Source of the DNA: Psilocybe cubensis
Lineage: Eukaryota
DNA: 64,000 nt
Direction of reading: 5' to 3'
Assembly: GCA_017499595.2 (NCBI GenBank)
Contig: CM039001.1
Coordinates: 3,410,001 to 3,474,000 of the forward strand
The notes under the pieces were generated by a model that saw only the letters and a list, made by a program, of their open reading frames with translations, ran no database searches and was not told the origin of the DNA. The position numbers and the translations under genes are program-made. Shown piece by piece: positions 25,970 to 37,966 of the stretch; the first letter of the stretch is position 1; each line of letters opens with the position of its first letter.

Positions 25970-26829
25970 TTAATAAATCCCAGGGATAAACCGACAAGGC
26001 ACTCTCTCCGCCCAAACCTCCCACTCCTTCCCGAACTTCTCGTGCAACAATTTATCCTCCACCCGCGCTCTTCCAGGCAACGCAACCGCATTCCATACAG
26101 TCGGCACCCAACACGCCGCCAGCGCGATCCACGCCAACAGCGCCGCGGCGGCGGCTGTACCAGTCCCGCTACCATCTCCGCTCACACGCTCAAAATCAAA
26201 CGCATAGGCAAACGGCCATGCACCCGGACCAGACCAACAAAGCGCGCCCGCACCCATAACCACAACCGCCGTCGTATACGCCGGATGCCTGACAACCGCA
26301 TACGGCCCGCGCGTGATGAGCTTATGGTCCCGGCGCACCGCGAGCTCAAAGGTGAACATCGCGCCCATGGTGGTGAAGCACCGTTTACGGAGGTGTGCGC
26401 CTGTCATTGCTATTGTCCAGAATGCGAGGAAGGAGGGGGTGAGGTATATGTGCGAGGAGGCGGTGTGTGGGTTTGTTAGTGGTTCTGGGACTTGGAGGTG
26501 GTTTGAACGCTGAGGCTGAGGACTGATGGAGGATAAGTCGGAAAGGACGATTATGATTTCTATTAACGCCGGCAGGACGAGCGACGCCTTCAAATAAAGA
26601 TATCAAAAAAAATGTCAATGGATAATGTTTTTTTGTTAGATTTTATCATGATCACTGTAACAGGCGCACTGCTCACCCTAGCTAATGCAGCTCTTAAATT
26701 CACTTCTTTAAGACTATAATCCAATTCCACTCGAAGCTCTGCAGGGCGGGGCGGTGGGTTCGGCGGAGTAGCGGACGTATACGCCGCCCAAGCCAACGAA
26801 AGTGTAAAAGGCAGACGGGCAAGTGCCAT
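25970..26829 (-). CDS. ICMT/Ste14-family methyltransferase, copy 5 (exons 26829-26677, 26587-25970)
   Basis: HKLITRGPYAVVRHPAY and RARVEDKLLHEKFGKEW...IPGIY. Same intron as copies 1-4. Confidence 0.85.
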
Positions 26830-27499
26830 AGCTGAACCTAGTTGAAGCCTTAGACTTCAAGTTTATGCCAACCCCAATTGATTTGGACCTTATTATACGA
26901 TGGATTTCGGCACGTATTTGGTAGGCTGGGCGGATGTAGGGTCTCATAGTTATATTTTTGGTCGACGCGGTGGGATGGTATAATGTACATAGAAGGGAGT
27001 TGTGTACACATATGGTCCAGTGTTACTGTAGGATTCATTATCGAGTTGATAAATATCCAGGAACACTGTAACGGGTGGACTCTTATCCTAGTAGTGACAG
27101 CACTAATGCATAATGCATAATGCATAAAGTTTGACAAAACAGACCAGCACAGGAACCCAAGCCACCCCAACTAAACAATCTTTCTGGGGATGTAGATGTA
27201 GATGTGGATGTTCCAGACATCCGAGTGATACCGATGTAAATTTAACATGGGTAAATGATATTGATATTGATAACTTGAAATGATCCAAAATCCACGGAAA
27301 GAGATTAAAAATGTAATGATATTTAGTAGCCGAGATTTGATTCGTCGAAAAGACTCGGATACGTCAGGTAGTGTAAGTATAAGTATGAGTATAAGTGGGT
27401 GGAGACAGTGGTACAACTTGAATGTCAGCCCATTATGAGTTCTAGTATTCGCAGACTCGGAGCATCATGGTCCCTTCGGACTCGTTGCAAGCCTTTGCA

Positions 27500-28980
27500 A
27501 TGGGTAAATGCAATCCGAGCAGTCCTAATAACTCACGATTTATCAAGCCATAGACAAAAAAACCTACCTAGATACCCAGTATCCAACAACCCAGAAGCGG
27601 TATGGCATGACATAGCATGTGAGTCGGACTAGGGCGCCAACTTGAAATACACCACTCTATCCCTGGACCGGAAGACGGACCGCAAAAGTAACTTGTCCTC
27701 AAAATTCAATAACGTCTCTTTCGGAGACCTAGTTCAAAAGAGAATATCTCTCCCATGCCAGGAGCCCCATTGCATCAGCGCTCGCGACTGTGATTTTAAT
27801 AGCTGGCTGGTTGATGATGATAACACATGTACAACCAAGGATATATCAATTAAAACTATCTCCAGGAAACCCGAATGTAAAAAAAGTCGTAAAGTAAAGT
27901 TGTATAAAGAAAGTAGGCTAGATTGGTATAGTTATATAAAGATAAAGGATATCGATTAGCTCGAGTTAAAGTTCAGAGGGGCCGCCGGGAGTTCACGCCT
28001 GTTCACGTTCACGCGCATGTTGGATCAAACCCGAACGTGAACAGTTACAGTGACCAGTCACCTGAACGTGAACGTGAACTTGAACGTGAATGTTGAACGT
28101 TGAACGTTGAACGTAACAGCCAACTGGTACCCAAACAGACCCAAAACCCATACCCAAACCCATACCCAAACTTCTCTCTCTTCTCCATCCTCTCTTCCTC
28201 CATCCTCTCCCTGTTCCAAGTTCAATTCCCAATTTGTCTTAGGTCGGAAAGAGAGGCTTGCAAAGCTCACTCGTCATGCAGTCTTTTGCCTTTCATTTCA
28301 AAAAGACACTACATTTTCTCCGAGTTGATGGTGTTGAATATGGAGATCAGTGTGGAGGACTGGCTCTTTCTGTTGCTGCGGTGCGTCTCAGTACTCAAAC
28401 TGCGATATTTAAGTGCTTACAAATGAATTCTCAACACATCTAGCTCGAGCGAGGCCTTGATCTGATCATATCCAATGATGTGTCTCCGACTGGAATGAAG
28501 GCAGTGACAAACACCGATAGCAAGAAAAAACGAAGCCTTGCTTTTGCCGAAGCAAACTGGGGTAAGAAAGTAAGGAAGTGGGTTGAGACGGCTTTACTTC
28601 TCAAACCGGAACATTGGAGCAGAATCCAAAATGGAGCTGTAGATATATTAGCAGCGTCAATGGGGGAGCTGGGTAGTAGCGAAGCTGAGGAGGATATTGC
28701 TACTGATCCTCGCTTGATGATTGGATTAGATGATTAGACGTAAATATTCTTGTTGAATCCTATTACCGGTCTATAACAATCTATCAATTATATTCTATTT
28801 ATTTCTATCCCGTTCTATCACTTTCCGGTCAGCCTCAAATAGATTTATTGGAAAACAATAGTTCTATGCATAGTACATAGTACACATAGACATCGCTAAT
28901 TCCAACCTGTAATCTAGAATCGGACATATGGCGCTTACTCTAGTTATGGTCGTAGATCACTAGAATACGTAGTCAGTAGT
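27500..28980. other. Probable transposon-relic island with (GAACGT)n tract and an isolated gene fragment at 28480-28737
   Basis: A protein-like fragment FAEANWGKKVRKW...DPRLMIGLDD* with no clear upstream exons, plus GTTCAC/GTGAAC repeats at 27990-28115. No termini could be defined. Confidence 0.3.
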
Positions 28981-29723
28981 GGTACTATCCTTCCTATTGA
29001 CATGTTACTTTCCTGATGCGACTCCCGTTCTTATTATCCACTCACATCCCCATCTCCATCCCCATCCCCGTCTCCATCTCCATCCCCAACCCCAACCCTG
29101 GCATATCCACATCCAACCCCACATCCAACCCCATTTCCAACACGCAAAACACATAAAAGCTCCGACTCCGATTCATTAGACGCCCATGGCCAAGCACCCA
29201 CTACCAAGCGCCCAAGCGCCCACACCCACCAAAACTGAATTCCAACTCGTTGAGGGCAGTATAATAACAATGATAATATATCCGCGCGGTGTACGTACGT
29301 AGGTGTACATGCTATGACTATGAGTATGTATGACTAGGACTATGACTATGATACCATACTACTATCTACCATGACATCATGAAACGACGCCAGCATCCTA
29401 CGCCCATTAGATGCGCATGGGATATGGGTATGTGGAATGATATCCAGCTTTTTACGCTCCTCCTCTCTTCCCCCCTCCCCAGCCCTCCTCCCCATTGACA
29501 GGCCATCATCCCCTCCTCCCTCTTCCCCCCTCCCCTACTCAGCCCCTCCCCTGTCCTCATCCCCTGTCCTCATCCCCCCAGCTCCATCCCGCCGCCGCCG
29601 CCGATGCAGATGCAGCTATACCACTCATCGCGCATCGCGCATCGCACATCGTGCGGTGCTTTCATCTCGGAGTGGTCCCACTGCCGCCACCAGCACCAGC
29701 ACCAGGTACTACCGCCTCTGCTG

Positions 29724-30981
29724 CTAAGTAGCAGTAGCAGTACTAGTAGAAGTAGAAGTACTAGTAGCAGTAGTAGAAGAAGCAGAAGCAGAAGCAGAAG
29801 CAGAAGCAGAAGCAGAAGCAGAAGCAGAAGCACCAGCACCACCCAACACACACTCTCTAACAAAATACTCATGGAACCGATTATCGCTCGTGAGCTCGGG
29901 GTGGAAGGTCGTGAGGAAGTGGAGGCCTTGGCGGAGCGCGACGTAGGTTTTTGGGTCGTCTTTGGTTGTGTCTGGGCTGGGGTTTGGGTTTGGGTTTGGG
30001 TTGTGGTTTGGGTTTGTGTCTGCGTCTGCGTTTAAGTTTGCGTTTGCGTTTGATGATAGCGAGGAGGGGAGGAGGTGCGGGGAGAGTTTGGCGATTACTT
30101 CGATGGGCGGGTCGGATGGGCCTGGTGTTAATTTTAGGACAACCTGTGTGCGTTTACATTAGGATGTTTATTTTTAGATAGATGAGATGAGATGTAAGCG
30201 AGCGGACCGAGAGGGTGGGTGGAAGAGAGAGTGAGGGAGAAAGAGAGGGAGAGGGAGAGGGAGAGAGAGAGGGAGAGGGAAGCTTACGGGAGCGCGAATG
30301 AATACACCTGTGAATGGATCTTCGGGGTTGCGCAGGCCAGGGACGTCAAGCGCCGCTTCAAACGACTCGACCTGCGAAATTCAAAGTCAATTAAACAAAA
30401 TTAAACAATGAAGTATCCTGTTAAAAGAAGGGATAAACGGACCTGTGAACCCCACCCGTTGCGTGCGATGGTGATGGAGATCCCACCGAGCAGGTCTTGG
30501 CCGCCCTTTTTTGCGTTCTCGACGGAGTGGGAGAGGAGGATTGCGCCGGCGCAGGTGCCCCAGACGGGTTTGTGCTTGATGAAGGCGCGGAGGGGGTCGA
30601 GGACGCCGGATATGCGCGCGAGGAGCGCGATGGTTGTGCTTTCTGTGGGTTGGGTTGTGTGTTAGTGTGGGTTTATGTGTTAGTGTGAGTTGATGGGAGG
30701 GAGGGTGGATGGATGGGGAAGGAGCGTACCTCCGCCAGGGATAATCAGCGCATCGCATCTAGCGAGCTCGTCGGGAGTTTTGACGAAGATGACTTCGAGC
30801 TTGCGTGAGCCGGGGAGTTTCTCCAGTGCGGTTTTGTGCTCGACAAATGCGCCTTGTAGAGCTGCGATATCGATTAATTAATATCAGACGCGGGAAGGGA
30901 GAGGGAGAGCGTACCGAGGATACCGACGACCACACGGCGCTCGCTGTCTCCGGGAGATATCGATGCTGCGGGTGCAGGCAT
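29724..30981 (-). CDS. PDX2: Pyridoxal 5'-phosphate synthase glutaminase subunit (SNO/PDX2), not captured by the ORF track
   Basis: Spliced translation [14 protein letters not shown]...[12 protein letters not shown]...[10 protein letters not shown]...[13 protein letters not shown]...GVFIRAP...TFHPEL, with the Cys-His-Glu triad intact. Confidence 0.93.
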
Positions 30982-31483
30982 AAATCGCGTAGCTTAGCGT
31001 TGTTGGTCAAGGTGGAGGTGGAAAGGAGGGTAATGGAGATTATCATATATCATGATTCATACGCGGAATCTTTTTTTTGCTGAAATTGAGATTGAGAGTG
31101 AGAAAACATGATGCGATAAGAGCGATTTAAATAATTGGATGGATGCATGGTGATATGGGTCGCGAATGACAGTATCATTGTCATCGTCTTGACATTATCA
31201 GCGTGAGTCTAAGCACAGAGCTCACCCATATCGGTATACACAATCACATCCACGCACGGACAGCCGCAGCCGCCACCGCGGCCTCAGTGGAAAGAAAAAA
31301 AAAATTGATCTGGTCCGAGCGCATGCGTGACCGTGTGACCATTCGTCGCTTTTGTGTGGGTGCCAAAGCGAAACGCCCCCCCCAGTGCAAAAGCCCTGTA
31401 CATCCCTCTCTCCTCAACCACCATCACACACGACTAACTCTCTCTTCTTCTTTGTCAACTTTACCTTTTGTTAGGCGACTACG

Positions 31484-32505
31484 ATGTCGGATCTCGATGC
31501 TGACCTCTACGGCGGTGCGTTTGTGGATGTGGATGTGGATGTATGCGGTCTTTGGATGTATGCTAATTCTAATCCTCTTCCCTCCCCCCCCTCTCTCCCT
31601 CGATTTTCGTAATATGCAGATTTGTACGGAAACGACGACGGCGACAACGAGCAGCCGCTAGAAGAGCACGACACAGGCGCGGACCTGTCAGCGGACACAC
31701 CCGCCGTGAAAACGGAGGCGCACGATACAGGCCTCGGGCACGGTGTCTCCTCAAAACCCGCTTCCTCAAGCGCGGAAAAGCCGCATGCGAACGGCACCCA
31801 ACAACAGCAACATCAAGCCTCCACAACATCAACGACAAATTCGTCTGCTACATCCACAGCGACTAATGGCTCCGCACAGCAGCAACAGCAGCAGCAGCAG
31901 CAGCAATACGCACAACAAGCGCCGCAGCAGATCCCGACGTACGAGCAGCCCCTGCAGAACGACTACCGCGACTCGTCGGCGCCGCGCGGAGACGGCGGTC
32001 TCGGCGGCGCAGGGGGTGGTGGGTACCAGAATATGTCGGCTGGAGGCGAAAGGTCTGTGAGGCCGTCTGAGATGAAAGATGAAGGGTAAGAGTGTGTTTC
32101 CCTGGTTTTTTTCGTTTTTTTTGTGGGATGAGCTGAATTGGGGGGTGTGGTGTACGGAGTCGGTGTTTTTTGTGTTTTATATTCCCCTTGCTCGTCTTAA
32201 TTTCTGCTATCTTGTTCACTTTTTTATTATTCCTTGCTCTCCTGCTCTGACGGAGACGGGAGGATATACTTTGGGCCCATTGTGGTGCAAAACCGCCCGC
32301 CTAACAGTGGTAGTCCCATGAGACTTTCTCGCGTAGTCAGTCGCGTCGTCGTCGTCTAAAGCTAGCTCTAGCATAGCCGTATCTGCAGCACGTTGCTAGG
32401 ACTAGGACTAGGACTAGGGTACTCCCTACCCACACACACACAGCTACGTATATGTCTGTCGTCTCGTCTCGTCGCTACTCGTTCGTTTTTTCTCTGTCTG
32501 CTTTT

Positions 32506-32552
<47 letters not shown>

Positions 32553-34651
32553 TCTGTTTAGGATACGTGATACTAATAGCACATTTTGCATTTTTTTTTT
32601 CTATATATGTCCTCACACATTCGTGCCCGTGCCCGTGCCCGTGCTCGTGCTCTACCATCAAATCAAATCACACTATCAAATCACTATCATCAATCATGTA
32701 TCAAATATCAAAATATCTCAAACACTGCAATTCTGCACTGGGATTTATACCTACGCTACGCTTTGGTGTACTCTACGCTGCCTTACACTGCATTGCCGTA
32801 CACTACGCTGCCGTACACTATGCTTCAATACACTACGCTACCCTACACTTCAATACTCTACCCTACGATACGCTGCATATGCTACGCTACCCTACGATAC
32901 GCTACACTTCAATATGCTACCCTACGCTACCTACACTTCAATATGCTTCAATACGCTACGCTACACTATCCTACCCCTACACTGCCGTACACTACACTAC
33001 GACTCGGTACAATACACAATACGCTTCGGTACACTACACTACCCTACCCTACGCTTCAATACACTGCGCTTCAATGTGCTTCAATACGCCTATGCTTCAA
33101 TGCGACGCTTCAATACACTGCACTTCAACACACTGCTCATGACCTATGCCATATAACGTATAACGTATAATTTATGAACGTATGGTATGAACGCGTATAC
33201 TGTACGCGTATATAGCAAAATGTTCATTGGAGGGTTGAATTGGGATACTACGGATGGTATATACGTTTTTTTTTTATTGTTTATATACGTGTTGCTTACT
33301 ACTCTTCTTCCTCCTCCACCACCACCCTTTCCCCACCCCCACCCGCCCACCCGCCCACCCACCCAGAATCCCTGCGCGACTACTTTACGCAATTCGGCAA
33401 AGTGGACGCATGCACGATTATGCGGGATGCAGCGGGACGATCTAGATGTTTTGCGTTTTTGACGTTTGAGGATCCTGCGAGTGTGAATGCTGTTATGGTT
33501 CGAGAGCATGTGCTTGATGGGAAAATCGTAAGTTCCAAGTCCCCCCCCCAAAAAAAAAAAATTTACATACGCTGGTCAAACTAAACGCGTCTAATAAATA
33601 GATCGACCCTAAACGCGCGATCCCGCGCCAAGAACACCAACGAGCAACGAAACTATTCATCGGAGGTCTCGCGGGCAGTGTGACATCCGAATCGATGCGC
33701 GAGTTTTTCAGTCAGTTTGGGAAAGTGATTGATTCTACTGTTATGCTTGATCGTGAGACGGGACGGAGTAAGGGGTTTGGGTTTGTGAGTTTTGAAGATA
33801 CGAATGTGCAGCCTTTTTTGGGGTTTGGGAATTTGGAGATTGATGGGAAGTTGGTGGGTTGTTTTTTTTTTTTTGCTTTTTTTTTTTTGGTGACTTGGGT
33901 TTGGTTGGGTGTGCTGATGTGTGTTTTTTTGGGGGGATAGATTGATGTGAAGCTTGCGCAGCCGAGGTATCAGCGCGATAATTTCCCGCATGAAGATGCA
34001 GCTGTAGCCGGCGGCGACTTTTCGAGCGGAGGCGGGGGCGGTATGGGTGGTGGCATGGGCGGTGGCGGCGCGCCGCGGTTCAATCAACAAGGAGGAGGAG
34101 GAGGAGGTGCAGGTGGATTTGGAGGTGCAGGTGCAGCTGGTGGGGGTGCAGCAGCTCCCGCGGGGGGAGCGGGGAATACGCCGTTTGATCCGCAGGCGCT
34201 TGCGGCGCTTTATACGCGCATGTTCCAGATGTCGGGTGCGGGTGCTATGAATCCTGCTATGATGGCTGGTGGGATGGCAGGGGGGATGGGGGGTGCGATG
34301 GGTGCGGGTATGGGGGGTGCGATGGGGGGAGGGATGAATCCGATGATGGCTGCTGCTATGGGCGGTGCGGGTGGGTTTGCGGGGGGGATGAGGCCGGGGA
34401 TGGGGATGGGGATGGGGATGGGCGCGGGTATGGGGGGTGGGCAGGGGATGGTTGGGATGGGAAGGGGCGGTGCGGGGATGATGGGTGTGGGAGGGGGAGG
34501 TGCGGGTGGAGGAGGGGGGGGGATGAATCAGAATATTCCGAGGGGCCCGAGAGGGGGTCCTGGGGGCCCGCCGGGGGCGATGGGTGCGGCGGGTGTTGGG
34601 CCGCAGAGGAGTCAGAGGGGGCATAATAATTTCCATCCGTATGCCCGGTGA
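31484..34651 (+). CDS. HRP1: Two-RRM hnRNP protein of the Hrp1/Musashi type with Gly/Met-rich tail and PY-NLS
   Basis: KMFIGGLNWDTT, RSRCFAFLTF, IDPKRAIPR, KLFIGGL, RSKGFGFVSF and C-terminal RGHNNFHPYAR. Contains a 1,130-nt intron at 32086-33215. Confidence 0.85.
32750..33140. repeat. Degenerate pentamer-based satellite (CTACG/CTACA/CTTCA/ATACG) in the large HRP1 intron
   Basis: Direct reading. GCTTCAATA/ACTTCAATA recurs about ten times. Confidence 0.85.
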
Positions 34652-34957
34652 GGAGTTGAAGGGGTTTTGGACTTGCTAGATTGTGATGCTTTGCCGGTCT
34701 TTTGAAAAGAAAAATTATATACGTTTTTTTTAGTATTAGTATTAGTAGTACTACTTGCCACTTGGTACCTACATTGTTTCTCGAGTGTGTGTGTGTTGTT
34801 TTACATTACTTATTCGGTTTTTTTGCGTTTTTTTTATATACTTTGTATCAACAACATTAACACTTGCCTTTCGGTTCGTATTCGTATTCGTATGTTTTCG
34901 GGTTGTACGGTCGGTTGTATGGTACTTTTATTATCAATTAAAGGTTGTGTGTATGTA

Positions 34958-35753
34958 CAGTTGACTTTTTCATAATGCATACCGGTTGTAACGGCCAAAA
35001 GCTATGCATTATGACAAGTATGCAATACGAAGATAGTCACGCATTGTGACTGAGGTGTGACCCCAGCCAAATGCGTGACATGAATGGTGATCCACGACTC
35101 TCATTCGCTTTGTAGACAATGTATTGGGATGGAAAATTGCTTGTCTGTTGTGGCTCTTTGCTAGCTTTCTTGAAAGTGTAGATTGATTAAAAGTAGTGGA
35201 TCCTCTTTCCTATTTTTAAAATGAGCAACTATCTTACCTTGGGATAGTAATGGGTGCTTTTTGACAAAATCAAAGACAAGCAGCCAGTCAGCAACTGTCA
35301 AATTTAACCGTGATTTTGCTGCAGCTAAGCTGGATGAAGTTTTTGGTACATCTTTGGTACAATTTTTGTTTTGCATTTGCCGGTTATATGGAGCTGGCTT
35401 CTCACGTGACTTAAGTATTTTTCCGTATTTTTTTGCATTGGGAAGAAATAGTGAACCGTAATGTGGGAAAACAGGTGAAATTGTTCTCTGAAGGGCTCAA
35501 AATTGTGTAGATAGTGCGTTAATGCACCCAATAAATTTTATGATGAGCCTGATGTCGGCCTTTACTACCAAAATGTACAGAAAATCTCTGTTTATACCCA
35601 TTGTCATAATGCATATTTGCATCTCAAGCCCATGCATTATGCAATATGCAATATGGGTGCCAATTCCCTGCTTCCCTACGTGATGCAAGCCCAAAAGTCA
35701 TGCATTATGAGAAATATGCATTATAACGTTATGCATTATGAAAAAGTCAACTG
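34958..35753 (-). mobile_element. Non-autonomous pogo/Tc1-mariner DNA transposon (796-bp deletion derivative)
   Basis: Perfect 24-bp TIRs CAGTTGACTTTTTCATAATGCATA and a TA target duplication at 34956-57 and 35754-55. Internal frameshifted CENP-B-like HTH fragment LTVADWLLVFDFVKKHP..SQ.KIVAHF / FNQSTLSRKL. Confidence 0.88.
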
Positions 35754-36066
35754 TATTGAAGTAAACGCGACGCGTCTGAGAGTGAGTGTGACAGTGAGTC
35801 GTGACCAAAGCCACGTGGATGAGTTACTGGCACTTGTTCGCGTGTGTGTGACCACGACGACGCTTTCCTGCTTTGAACCATAAACGACGATTTTTTTTTT
35901 CATTTTTTGACGACGCGAGAGGCGGAACGATACGCCTCGATTATTTCTAGGTGGACAGGCGTATCTACGAATTTCTAGCTTTTCTCCAAAATCGACCTTG
36001 GGCTTGGGTCTAGCTTAACCAACAAAAAGGAGACCCAAAAAAGAACCAAAAATCCAATCCAATCCA

Positions 36067-37966
36067 ATGTCCCCCTCGCTCTCCCTATCCACCCTCACCC
36101 TCCTCCCCCTCCGCCTCCCATTCCGCCGCCCACATAAAGCAGAAGCGATACACCGCATAAGGCTGAATGCGCTCGCGCTGCTGACGCTGTGTGTGCTGGC
36201 GTGGTTGTTGCCGGTGCCGAGTGTGCCTGTTGCGATTGGGGTGGTGGGGAGGGAGTTTTTGTTTGCGCGGGGGGGTGGTGGGGTTGGAGGTGGTGGTGGT
36301 GGTGCGCGTGGTAGTGGTGCGCGTGGAGGTGGGTATGTGGGTGCGGGTGCGGGGCATGCGATGCGCAGGGGGTATGGGTATGGACAGGGACAGGGATATG
36401 CGCAGAGGATGGTGGATGTCGATGAGCCGCACGGCGCGTGGCGCGTGTGGATGTGGGTGTGTATAATCGGTACGTGCATCCTCTTTCTTTCTTTCTTCCT
36501 TTATTTCAATTATTTCCTTTTTCTTTTTAATATATCATCGTCATCATATTATCATATTATGCATATACTAACACTGCACCTCTCCTCCTCTCATCTACTC
36601 TCATAACCAGAATCAAGCATGGTAGCCATAATGACATACAACCTCATCGAAGCAGGCTACGCACTGCGGTACCCGCCTCCCCCGCTCCCTCCCTCCTCTT
36701 CCTCTTCCTCGGGGTCTCCTTTATCACCAAAGAGACTTCCTTCTTCCCCTTTCTCCGTGTCCCACTCCCCTTCTTCGCCGTCACCGTTCTCACTCTCCCA
36801 ATCGCAAGGACAAGGACAAGGACAAGGACAGGGATCCCCGCTATCCAACTCGACAGGGAGAGCCCAGCGCCCATTCAAAGTCCTCTCGCCACTTAGCAGT
36901 CCACAAGCACAGCGCCCGTTTTCGTTCGGTGCCAGCATGGGTATGGGGAGGAGTATGGGTGGGCCTTTTACGGCGGCGTCGTCGTCATTTGCGCGGAGTA
37001 CGGGGGGCAGTCCATTTTTGGGGGCTTCGTCTGTGGGTGGTGGTGCGGTGGATGGGAGTGGTGTAGGAGGGGGTGCAGGGGGAGGGGGAGGGGATTTGTC
37101 TGTTGCGAATTCAAACGTCAACGCCAATCCTAGCTCTACCAACTCCAACTCGAACAACAATCCTAATTCCATTAACAACACCAACACCAACGCGAACGCG
37201 AACGCGAACACAAATATAAATTCAAATGCCAACGTAAACGCGAACACGAACGCGAATATGAACACGAACACGAATCCGAATGCAAACACAAACACAAATT
37301 CAAATTCAAACACGAACACGAACACGAACAACAACGTGAACACAACGGCATACGCACAATCGCCCATCTCGACGCCCTCGCGCGTTATACACTACACTTC
37401 GCCTGGTATACCTCTTCCGCACCACGCCTCCTCCATGTCCGCATCCGCCTCGATGGGCGGGAGCTTGAATGGGAGCATAGGGATGGGGAGCGAATACGAG
37501 TATCTCTCCACGCCGAGCCCCGTGATTAGTGCGTATAGAGGGAAACATGTTGGGGATGTTGGACGTGAGTTGTTTCTTTTTTTCTTTCTTTTTTTTTCTT
37601 GGATTTTGGATTTGGATTTGGATTTTTTTTTTTTTGGTTTTATCCCTATCCGCATCCACATCCCTATCCCTATCCCTATCCGCATTCACATCCCTTTCCC
37701 TATCCACATCCACATCCACATCCACACACACACACGCGCGCGCGCGCGCTTACCACCAAAAATCAATATAAAAAATAAAAAAAATCAAAATTTCCTAATT
37801 TCTTAATTCCTAAATCAAAATTTCCTAATTCCTAACCTTTTGTTTCTTTTTTTTTTTTTTTTTTTCGCTTATAGGTGCACTGGACGGCTCGTATGTGTCG
37901 CTTATGATGCGCAGTCGGCGCGGGCGCGGGGGTGCGGGTGCGGATGAGGATGAGGATGAAGAGTAG
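36067..37966 (+). CDS. Hypothetical protein with two hydrophobic segments and a long low-complexity S/P/G/N region (3 exons)
   Basis: HRIRLNALALLTLCVLAWLLP, MVAIMTYNLIEAGYALRYP and SPVISAYRGKH...RALDGSY, joined in frame by GT-AG introns. Confidence 0.65.

Noticed and set aside
27957-28449. 9-bp direct repeat TAGCTCGAG flanking ~475 bp, a possible TSD
   Set aside because: There are no terminal inverted repeats or other element hallmarks between the copies.
29570-30035. Poly-Leu and RS-repeat ORFs
   Set aside because: These are alternative frames of the (AGAAGC)n repeat in the PDX2 last exon.
32393-33170. Three overlapping long ORFs (249, 234, 194 aa) with repetitive Y/T/L peptides, resembling a repeat-peptide precursor
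   Set aside because: They lie inside the HRP1 intron. All frames are open because the pentamer satellite lacks stop codons, and there are no regular Kex2 sites.
33653-34636. 327-aa Pro/His-rich minus-strand ORF and similar antisense ORFs over 36-37 kb and 45 kb
   Set aside because: These are shadows of low-complexity coding sequence on the other strand.
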